Positions 20,389 through 28,259 of a stretch of 64,000 nucleotides of DNA are shown one piece after another (positions within the stretch are counted from its first letter, which is position 1; every line of letters begins with the position of its first letter). This stretch comes from Candidatus Spongiisociaceae bacterium (GTDB lineage: Bacteria > Actinomycetota > Acidimicrobiia > Spongiisociales > Spongiisociaceae): the NCBI GenBank assembly GCA_965262915.1, contig OZ253564.1, forward strand, positions 4,000,001-4,064,000. Direction: 5' to 3'. The translations under genes were made by a program, and so were the position numbers. Below the pieces are notes generated by a model. It worked only from the letters and a program-made list of their open reading frames with translations, searched no databases and was not told the DNA's origin.

Positions 20389-22065
20389 GTGTCGGCAGCC
20401 CCCGAAGCCATGCCCGACGGAGCTGGTAGATACTCGGACCTGATCGCGCTCTTCGAAGAGTTCCTGGAGTGGCAGGATCAGGTGGGCAGCACGCTGCGTG
20501 AGGAGACCGCCGGCCGGTATATGGACCGGCTGCCGGATTACGGCTCAGCGGCCGTCTCGGCACGCAAGGAGGAGCTGGCAGAGTTCCAGGAGCGCCTGCA
20601 GACAATGGGTGTTGCGACGTGGAGCTTGAGCCACCAGGTGGACGCAGCTGCAGTCCGGAGTCGCTTCGACCAGGAAGAATTCCTGTTGTACATCAGCCGG
20701 CCGTGGGCACGTGACCCCGGGTTCTACATCGACAGGATGCTTCGAGTCGCCTTCGCCGATCCGTCGCCCGGACGATCCGACGTGGACCGTCTCCTAGCCG
20801 GCCTGCGGAACATCCCCGCTCTTGTCGATCAGGCCGTGAAGAACTTGCGCAACGTCCCGGCCGAGTTGGCCGATCTGGCGATCGTCAAACTGACGGCAGC
20901 AGATGGAGTGGACCACGGATCCCCGTACCGCACGAAGCCGCCGGCTGGTGTGCTCGGTTGGTACGACGAGCTCGTCATGCGAACCGATCGACATCCGCAC
21001 GTGCGTGCCGCTGTCTCGGCGGCTCGCGACTCGGTCAGACGATTCTTGCAGTGGCTCACGGCCGGACGTCCAACGATGACCGCGGAAGCGGGCGTCGGCA
21101 AGGACGCCTTCAACTGGTACCTCAGAAACTGCGAAGTCATTCCGTACTCTTCTGACGATCTCGTCACGCTGGGTCGACGCGAGCTGCAGCGCCTGGGGAC
21201 GCTCTACACGCTGGAACGTCACAAGAATCGTGAGCTGCCGGAGCTGGCCCCGGCGACATCGGCTGCCGACTACCGGAAGCGCCTCGCCGAGACGGACGCA
21301 CACATCCGCAGCTTCCTTGTCGAGAAGGAGTTTGTCTCGATCCCCGACTACGTGGGCGAACTCGGCACAACCGTGCCGTGGGCTGACCGGCCGGGTGGTC
21401 GGAACTTCTGGGAGGAGATCCAGTTCCGTGACCCGCACCCGGACCACCTCCACGCCGTCATTCCCGGTCACCGGTTCGATGCCCTCGTGGCAGCCAACAA
21501 CCGGCATCGGATTCGCAGCCGCATCACGAGCCCCTCGCGCGTCGAAGGATGGGCCACCTACCTGGAGGAGGCGGCGCTGGCCGCAGGCATCCTTGATTCG
21601 CGTCCCAGGGTGCGCGAGCTGGTCTTCATCTTCGGGATGTTCCGTGCCGCCAGGGTACCCGCCGATGTGTGGCTGCACTCGAGAGAGTTGTCCGTGCAGG
21701 AGGTGGTGGATTACTGGCGGGCGCGCGTGCCATTCCTGGACGAGGGCGCTGCTCTTGTCGATGCCGGGATATACCTGAGGCATCTTCCCGGATACGGTAT
21801 GGGCTACACGGTCGGAGCGCTTCAGTTCCAGCATCTGCTCGCAGATCGCAGGCGCCAGCTCGGAAATGCGTTCGTGTTGAAGGACTTCCATGATGCGGTG
21901 CTGGGAGCGGGCCGTCTTCCGGTTGCCCTGATCCGATGGGAAATGACGGGAGTCGACGATGAGGCCAACCGCTGGTGGAGACGCATTCCCGTGTCGATGT
22001 TGGCTGAACGAATGACCTCTGACAAACCCTCTGACCACGCTGTCCAGCCCTCCCAGCCCCGATAA
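20389..22065 (+). CDS. DUF885 family protein
   Basis: HAVIPGH, EGWATYLEE, GYTVG, FVLKDFHDAVL motifs. Confidence 0.85.
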   Translation: MSAAPEAMPDGAGRYSDLIALFEEFLEWQDQVGSTLREETAGRYMDRLPDYGSAAVSARKEELAEFQERLQTMGVATWSLSHQVDAAAVRSRFDQEEFLLYISRPWARDPGFYIDRMLRVAFADPSPGRSDVDRLLAGLRNIPALVDQAVKNLRNVPAELADLAIVKLTAADGVDHGSPYRTKPPAGVLGWYDELVMRTDRHPHVRAAVSAARDSVRRFLQWLTAGRPTMTAEAGVGKDAFNWYLRNCEVIPYSSDDLVTLGRRELQRLGTLYTLERHKNRELPELAPATSAADYRKRLAETDAHIRSFLVEKEFVSIPDYVGELGTTVPWADRPGGRNFWEEIQFRDPHPDHLHAVIPGHRFDALVAANNRHRIRSRITSPSRVEGWATYLEEAALAAGILDSRPRVRELVFIFGMFRAARVPADVWLHSRELSVQEVVDYWRARVPFLDEGAALVDAGIYLRHLPGYGMGYTVGALQFQHLLADRRRQLGNAFVLKDFHDAVLGAGRLPVALIRWEMTGVDDEANRWWRRIPVSMLAERMTSDKPSDHAVQPSQPR

Positions 22066-22322
22066 TCACTATCCACTTCCTTCTCCCAGCCATCGGTGGC
22101 CGGGCTTCTGGTGATGAGTCCGTGTGGCCGAGCGGACCGAGTGGTGGCTTAACAACGCGGCCAGGCTTGCCGGACGACTCGCTACGGCGGCGTGACACGA
22201 GCACCGGGCAGCCGGGACCGCGGCTGCGGGCCGGCGACCTCGTCCTTGAGCCTGCTCGCCGGCTTCACCACCCACGGGAACGGAGAGCGTGAGAGTGGAA
22301 CTTTCGGTGTTCCCCCATGTGC

Positions 22323-23549
22323 TCAGAGCCCGGCGGCGAACTCCAGGGCTTCGTCGAAGCTTGCTTGCCCGAGCACCAGCCTTCGCATCTTCATCAGGGG
22401 CCCCACCCGGTCGATTGCAAAGGCGCCTCCGAATCGATCTCCACGGCGATAGAGCGCCATGAGCGACACTTCGTCGGGTGAGTCGTGGACGAACACGACC
22501 TCGTCCCGGGAGGCCAGTCCTACCAGTTGGAGGCGGTGCCCGTACTGGTCGGACCAGAAATAGGGGATGCCCGAGTAGGCGACCGGGTCGTCGCCTCCGA
22601 AGGAGTTGAGGATGTTGCGGGCCACGGTGGTGGACTGCTCGACGGTGTTGGTCCAGTGCTCGACCCGCATCCGTTGCCGGAGCAAGGGGTTGTACCAGGA
22701 GGCGAGATCGCCCAGTGCGTAGACACCGGGCAGTGAGGTGCGCAAGTACCGATCACAGACCACCGCCCGGTCCAGGTCGATACCGGAACCTTCCAGCCAC
22801 TCGATGTTGGGAATCACGCCGATCCCCACCACCACCACGTCGCACGGGATCTCGGCGCCGTCCGAGAGCCCTACGGACAGGCCATCAGGGGTCTCCTCCA
22901 CGCCCACCACGCCGACCCCGCAGCGGAGTTCGACGCCATAGAGACCGTGGAGCGCAGCGCACCGCTCCCCCACTTCGGCGCCGACGGCCATCGCCAGCGG
23001 CTGGTCGGCGGCTTCGATGATCGTCACGTCGACACCCCGGCTCCGGGCGCTCGCCGCCACTTCGCTTCCGATGAAGCCGGCCCCGACCACCAGCAGATGG
23101 CGGGCGGTATCGAACGAGGATCGGATGGCTGCAGAGTCGTCGAGGGTTCTCATCACGTAGACCGCCGGAATGTCGGCGACACCAGGGAGTCTGCGGGCGC
23201 GGGCACCCGTGGCGATGACCGCGGCGTCGTATTGCAGTGCTTCCCCGGTCCCGAGCGTGATCGTGCGGGCGTCGGCGTCGAGACCCACCGCCGGAGACCC
23301 GAGCCGCAGGTCGATCCCTTGCTCCTCGAAGAACCCCACGGGTCGGAGCGTGGCGTCGGCCGGCTGTTTCTCCCCGGCCAAGACCTCCTTGGAGAGCGGA
23401 GGGCGGTCATACGGCAGGTGCGGCTCGTCGCCCACCAGCGTGATTCGACCCTCGAACTTGAGCCTGCGCAGCCCGGTTGCCGTACGTAGACCACCCAGGG
23501 ACGCCCCCACGATGACTACGGATGGGAGCCCGGGAGCGGGGATGGTCAC
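22323..23549 (-). CDS. FAD-dependent ferredoxin reductase (glutathione-reductase type)
   Basis: GASLGG, PYDRPPLSK, GAGFIGSEVA, YALGD, PYFWSDQY; GTG start at 23549 overlaps the upstream stop (GTGA). Confidence 0.9.
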   Translation of the reverse strand: MTIPAPGLPSVVIVGASLGGLRTATGLRRLKFEGRITLVGDEPHLPYDRPPLSKEVLAGEKQPADATLRPVGFFEEQGIDLRLGSPAVGLDADARTITLGTGEALQYDAAVIATGARARRLPGVADIPAVYVMRTLDDSAAIRSSFDTARHLLVVGAGFIGSEVAASARSRGVDVTIIEAADQPLAMAVGAEVGERCAALHGLYGVELRCGVGVVGVEETPDGLSVGLSDGAEIPCDVVVVGIGVIPNIEWLEGSGIDLDRAVVCDRYLRTSLPGVYALGDLASWYNPLLRQRMRVEHWTNTVEQSTTVARNILNSFGGDDPVAYSGIPYFWSDQYGHRLQLVGLASRDEVVFVHDSPDEVSLMALYRRGDRFGGAFAIDRVGPLMKMRRLVLGQASFDEALEFAAGL

Positions 23550-24592
23550 CCGGTGGGGGCCAGCTCGAACCTGCCGTCGGCGAACTCCATGAGCCACCGC
23601 CGGTAGAGAACCGTACCGAGGTCGGCAGCCTTGACATGCATCTCGGCGCTCAACTCCACGGGAAGCTCCTCGGGACGTTGGGACTCGACCACCGGCTTGT
23701 CCTGGGCGAGAATGAGCCGCTGCATCCGGTCGAACTCCTCGTCCTGATCGAAACCGTAGTTCCGCGCTACGAACGTGAAGCACCGGGTTCGCTTGCGGCT
23801 CACCGGAGCCACGGCGACGAAGAGGATGAAGTTCTCGTCGGGACCGGCCGAGCTGTCGAGCCACATGGCGTTGGGCATGAACACCCGGTATCGCTTCCAG
23901 GCCTCGTAGGTCTCGCCCTCGCCGGCGACCGTGGCGTTCTTGGGGTTGTCCGTGTACTCAAGGAACGGGCCGGCCGTGATACGGAGCTCGCCCCCATCGC
24001 GCCAGGCCTCGTAGTCGGCGATCACGGCATTGTCACGATCACCGAGGATTCCGTGGTGGACATGGGCGAAGTGGGAGAAGTCGAAGTAGTTCTCGAGCCG
24101 GCGGCCCACAGAGCAGTTCCATTCGTAGGGTTCCCAGCGCATGATCCGGTAGGCGGGATCGTCGAGTTCGGGGAGGACGGCGGCCGGGAACACGGGTGGC
24201 TCGTCGGCCAGGCAGGTCCACACCAGGCCTGCCGACTCGACCGCCGGGTAGACGGGAAGCTGGGCTACCAGCTTCCCGTTGAGTTCGGGGCGGGCCGGGA
24301 TGTCCACGACGGTGCCCTCCTTGTCGTACGCCCATCCGTGGTAAGCGCACCGGAGCCAGCAGCCGTCGATGCGGCCCAGGGAGAGGGCCGAACCCCGGTG
24401 TCGGCAGATGTCGTCGAAAACATGCGGCTTCCCGTCGAGACGGGCCACCGCCAGTCGGGTCTCGAACAAGGTGACCTGGTGGGGTTTGTCAACCAGATCC
24501 TCGGAGAACGCCACCGGATGCCAAAAGCGGCGGAGCTGCTCGTAGAGGAGCGCCTCGCCGGCCACGTCGAGTTGGGTGGTTCCCTGCTTCAC
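23546..24592 (-). CDS. Rieske non-heme iron oxygenase, NdmA/VanA-like (paralog 1)
   Basis: CRH...CAYH Rieske ligands; ENYFDFSHFAHVH; QDKPVVESQRP. Confidence 0.92.
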   Translation of the reverse strand: MKQGTTQLDVAGEALLYEQLRRFWHPVAFSEDLVDKPHQVTLFETRLAVARLDGKPHVFDDICRHRGSALSLGRIDGCWLRCAYHGWAYDKEGTVVDIPARPELNGKLVAQLPVYPAVESAGLVWTCLADEPPVFPAAVLPELDDPAYRIMRWEPYEWNCSVGRRLENYFDFSHFAHVHHGILGDRDNAVIADYEAWRDGGELRITAGPFLEYTDNPKNATVAGEGETYEAWKRYRVFMPNAMWLDSSAGPDENFILFVAVAPVSRKRTRCFTFVARNYGFDQDEEFDRMQRLILAQDKPVVESQRPEELPVELSAEMHVKAADLGTVLYRRWLMEFADGRFELAPTG

Positions 24593-24651
24593 AACCGCCT
24601 CCTCGTTGGGTGTCGCTTACCGGTTCGTGTCGCGCTGCTCGGAAGTCGGTT

Positions 24652-24852
24652 CTAGCCCGTATGAACGGTTATCGCCTCCACCGGACAGCAGACTTCGGCG
24701 CTGAGAGCATCGTCGACCAGTTCGGCGGGAACATTCGGTTGGAGCACGATGATCTCGCTGTCGTCATCGGCAACCTGGAACAGATCCGGCGCCACCGACG
24801 CGCACATCCCGGAAACGATGCATGTCGCATGGTCGAGTTCTATTGTCGCCAC
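24652..24852 (-). CDS. Ferredoxin, [3Fe-4S]-type
   Basis: CIVSGMC...APDLF...CCPVEAI; GGAGGAG RBS. Confidence 0.88.
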   Translation of the reverse strand: MATIELDHATCIVSGMCASVAPDLFQVADDDSEIIVLQPNVPAELVDDALSAEVCCPVEAITVHTG

Positions 24853-24936
24853 GCCGACTCCTCCGCTCGTTCAAGAACTACTGCCATCAGAATTATAGCT
24901 GACACCAAATGCCGCCTAGGGGAAAACCGACCGGAA

Positions 24937-24953
24937 TATTGATTGGATCAATG
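24937..24953. promoter_or_regulatory. Candidate operator TATTG-N7-CAATG
   Basis: Palindrome upstream of ferredoxin-Rieske-reductase genes; weaker copy at 24894-24910. Confidence 0.6.
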
Positions 24954-25038
24954 CTTAGCGGTTGTGCCAACCGAGTCCCAGGCTGTCCGGCATGGTCTCG
25001 CCGCACCCGCTGATCGGCGGTCGGTTAGTAGCCGATAA

Positions 25039-26103
25039 TCAAGCAGGCGCCAGTTCGACCTTTCCGTTGGCGATGTCGAGCAGCCAGCGCCGGTATTCGA
25101 GGGTCCCGAGGTCAGCGCCTTTGACGTGCAGTTCGGCGGCGAGGTCGGCGGGCAGTTCCTCGGGACGTTGCGATTCTACGATGGGTCGGTCCTGATCGGT
25201 GACCATCTGGGCGAAGGCCCTGAAATCCTCATCACTCCCCGGGTAGTTGCGGCCCACGTAGGTGAATGCCCGGGTCCGCTTGCGGTTCACGGGCGCCGCG
25301 GCCACCCACAGCACGTAGTCCTCCACCGGCCCGGCCGCGCTGTTGAGCTTCATGGCGTTGGGCAGGAAGACCCGGTAGCGCTTCATGGCCTCGTAGGTCT
25401 CGCCCGAACCGGACTCGGGGTTGTTCTTCACGTTGTCGGTGAACTCGACGAACGGCCCGGCGATGAACTGGAGCGCTCCCCCGACCCGGTGCACGTCGTA
25501 GTCCTCGATGCGGGGATGGTTGCTGTCTCCGAGGATGCCGTCGTGAACCCAGGCGAAATGGGAGAAGTCGAAGTAGTTCTCCAACCGGCGGGGCAGCGAG
25601 CAGTTCCACTCGTAGATGTCCAGATGGACGAAGGTGTAGCTCGGGTCGTCGAACTCGGGGATGGCGGGCACCGGGAACTTGGGATCGCCCAGCGTGGTGT
25701 AGATGAGCCCCGAGACCTCCACCGTGGGGAACGACGGCACCCGGACATTGCGGAATGCGGGAGAGAGTTCCTCCCGGGCCGGTACTCGGGTGACCCTGCC
25801 CTCGGCGTCGTACGTCCAACCGTGATAGGCGCAGCGGAGCTCGCAACCGTCGATCACCTTTCCGAGCGAAAGCGCCGAGCCCCGATGCCTGCACAGGTCC
25901 TCGAACACGCGGGGGGCACCGGCCAGGCGCACTACGACCAACTGCTCCTCGAACAGGGTGAACGCCTGGGGTTCGTCCTTGAGTTCGTCGGAGTAAGCGA
26001 CCGGGAACCAGAAGTTCTCCCGCATCTGGTCGTAGAGCCGGTCCTCGGCCGCTACGTCGAGGAAGTCGCTGGTCGCGTGACGGGTCGCCATCCGTCCGCT
26101 CAC
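25039..26103 (-). CDS. Rieske non-heme iron oxygenase, NdmA/VanA-like (paralog 2)
   Basis: CRH...CAYH; RRLENYFDFSHFAWVH; QDRPIVESQRP. Confidence 0.92.
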   Translation of the reverse strand: MSGRMATRHATSDFLDVAAEDRLYDQMRENFWFPVAYSDELKDEPQAFTLFEEQLVVVRLAGAPRVFEDLCRHRGSALSLGKVIDGCELRCAYHGWTYDAEGRVTRVPAREELSPAFRNVRVPSFPTVEVSGLIYTTLGDPKFPVPAIPEFDDPSYTFVHLDIYEWNCSLPRRLENYFDFSHFAWVHDGILGDSNHPRIEDYDVHRVGGALQFIAGPFVEFTDNVKNNPESGSGETYEAMKRYRVFLPNAMKLNSAAGPVEDYVLWVAAAPVNRKRTRAFTYVGRNYPGSDEDFRAFAQMVTDQDRPIVESQRPEELPADLAAELHVKGADLGTLEYRRWLLDIANGKVELAPA

Positions 26104-26224
26104 AGAATCCTGCGGGGAGTCGACCGGCTCTTCGTGATCGAGTGGGGAGTGGTGGATCCACCAGACGTGTAGTGGTCCGGCCCCATTTCAGCCATGAGAC
26201 GTTCTGCCCTTACCTTGTGTCGCT

Positions 26225-26488
26225 TCATCGGTATACCTTGTCCCGCCTCCCGATTCTTACCACCAAAACACGCACCGCGTCATCTTGGAGGTCGCAGACA
26301 ACCCGATGACTGCCCACCCGATAGCGCCACAGTTTCCCGAGCGGGCCGGTCAGCGCTTGGCCGACGCGGCGCGGGTCCGCGGCCGCAACCCGCTCGTCCA
26401 TATAGTTCATGATACGGCGCGCCGTGTTTCTGTCGAGCTTTCCCAGCTGGGTCTTGGCAGTGTCGGTGTACTCAATCGTCCAAGCCAA
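26225..26488 (-). CDS. RelE/StbE family toxin
   Basis: From TTG at 26488: AWTIEYTDTAKTQLGKLD...LWRYRVG...IGRRDKVYR; overlaps the antitoxin end. Confidence 0.9.
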   Translation of the reverse strand: MAWTIEYTDTAKTQLGKLDRNTARRIMNYMDERVAAADPRRVGQALTGPLGKLWRYRVGSHRVVCDLQDDAVRVLVVRIGRRDKVYR

Positions 26489-26699
26489 GATCTTTCCTGA
26501 CGTCCGCGGCGGCATGAACGTGTTCCTGGCCTTTGCGGATGCGTTCGAGAACGTCTGCGGCCAGGTAGTAATCCTCGATATCCTCGAGCCCGCGGTCGAT
26601 GATCTCACGGAGGTAGAAGGCCTTCGTACGCCCGGTCTGGGTTGCCAGGAAGCGGAGCCGCTCCTCGGTTTCGGGTGACAGCCGCAGCGACGTGGGCAT
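26472..26699 (-). CDS. RHH-type antitoxin (RelB/StbD-like)
   Basis: TSLRLSPETEERLRFLATQTGRTKAFYLRE...LEDIEDYYLA. Confidence 0.88.
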   Translation of the reverse strand: MPTSLRLSPETEERLRFLATQTGRTKAFYLREIIDRGLEDIEDYYLAADVLERIRKGQEHVHAAADVRKDLGLDD

Positions 26700-26886
26700 G
26701 TGGTACTTCCTCCGCTTGTAGTGTGTGTATTCACTGTATCACACCGTGTCGTTTCGAGGATCGGGAACGGCTACGCGAGTCTTGTTCGGGGACATCTCCT
26801 GCCTCCGCGTGGAATGACGACGGCCAACGTGTAGCCCTCTCGATGCTCACCGAATACCCTGGTCAGGGGTAGTGGCGAACATACCC

Positions 26887-27387
26887 CTATGTTGCCTTGC
26901 GGCGCTCCACTCCCCACACCGAGCACACCGCCTTGACGATGTTCTGGTAGCCGGTGCAGCGGCACAGGTTTCCGGAGAGGAGATCGACCACCTGCTCCGG
27001 TTCCCGGTAGTCGTCGGGGTCGACGCTCTCCAGCGTCATCAGGAATCCGGCCGTGCAGAAACCGCACTGCATGGCGTGGTTCTCGTGGAAGGCCTGCTGC
27101 ATCGGCGTGAGTTCCCCGTCTGTTGCCAGGTCCTCGACGGTCCTGATCGTGCATCCGTCGACTTGGACGGCCAGTGTCGAGCAGGACCGGATGGCGTCGC
27201 CGTCGACGATCACGGTGCAAGCCCCGCAGTAGCCGTGCTCGCATCCGACGTGGGTACCTGTGAGGCCCACCACGTCCCGGATGAAGTCGGAGAGCAGCAG
27301 CCGGGCGGGCACCCGGTACGTCACCTTCATCCCGTTGATCGTGACCGACACGTCGGCCTCTCGAGTGCCCGGGTTGGAAGCCATCAC
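26887..27387 (-). CDS. Xanthine/CO dehydrogenase family [2Fe-2S] small subunit (CoxS-like)
   Basis: GCEHGYCGAC, QCGFCTAG, NLCRCTGY. Confidence 0.93.
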   Translation of the reverse strand: MMASNPGTREADVSVTINGMKVTYRVPARLLLSDFIRDVVGLTGTHVGCEHGYCGACTVIVDGDAIRSCSTLAVQVDGCTIRTVEDLATDGELTPMQQAFHENHAMQCGFCTAGFLMTLESVDPDDYREPEQVVDLLSGNLCRCTGYQNIVKAVCSVWGVERRKAT

Positions 27388-28259
27388 ACCCCCGTCCTAT
27401 CTCCGTTGGATGTCACCACCGACCGGGCGGTCCTGATCAGGAGGGCGCCGAGCGCCTCACGCCGGTACTCGCCCGTAGCATGGACGTCGTCGACTGCATC
27501 GGCAGCATCCTCGTAGGCCGCTGTGTACAGATCCGATCCGTCGTCGCCCGCTGAGAATCCTCGGATCGATTCCTCGGCGGCTGCCATCCGCTGCGCTACT
27601 CCGCTCACCCCGAAGCTGACCAGCCGTGCCCCGCTTATCGCGTCCCCCTCCATGTCGAAGGCGGCCGCCACACCGGCGATGGCGAAGTCACCCGACCTCC
27701 GGGCGATCTCTTCGAGAACGGTCACAGTCCCGGAAGGCTCGGCCGGGAAGCGAACCGCGGTGATGATCTCCCCGTGGGAGAGGTCGGTCCAGAAAGGCCC
27801 GAGGAAGAAGTCACGGGCCGCCACGCTCCTCGCCCCCGCCGGCCCCTCTACGAGTAGCGTCGCGCCGGACGCAATGGCCATCGCCGGTAGTTCAGCGGCG
27901 GGATCGGCATGAGCCAGACTGCCGCACACCGTGCCCCGGTTCCTGATCTGCAGGTGCCCGACGAAGCGCAACGCCCGGCGCAGCCCGGGAACCACGGCCG
28001 CTACCCGGTCTGAGCCCATGACCCGGCTCTGGGTTACGCAGGCCCCTATCGTCACTTCTTCCCGACCGACCTCCAGGCTGTCGAAGCCTTCCACATGGCG
28101 GATGTCCACCAGTAGGTCGGGTACGGCCAGGCGGAAGTTCATCGTAGGAATGAGGCTCTGGCCGCCCGCAAGTACCTTCGCCGCGTCCGCAGAGCCAAGG
28201 GCCTCTATCGCATCTTCGACGGTATCCGGCCGGTAGTAGTCGAAGACGGCGGGCTTCAT
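27384..28259 (-). CDS. Xanthine/CO dehydrogenase family FAD subunit (CoxM-like)
   Basis: MKPAVFDY, LAGGQSL, IRNRGTVCGSLAHADPAAE. Confidence 0.93.
   Translation of the reverse strand: MKPAVFDYYRPDTVEDAIEALGSADAAKVLAGGQSLIPTMNFRLAVPDLLVDIRHVEGFDSLEVGREEVTIGACVTQSRVMGSDRVAAVVPGLRRALRFVGHLQIRNRGTVCGSLAHADPAAELPAMAIASGATLLVEGPAGARSVAARDFFLGPFWTDLSHGEIITAVRFPAEPSGTVTVLEEIARRSGDFAIAGVAAAFDMEGDAISGARLVSFGVSGVAQRMAAAEESIRGFSAGDDGSDLYTAAYEDAADAVDDVHATGEYRREALGALLIRTARSVVTSNGDRTGV

Noticed and set aside
22135-22280. Another MITE between DUF885 and the reductase
   Set aside because: Terminal inverted repeats are too weak and no second copy is in the window.
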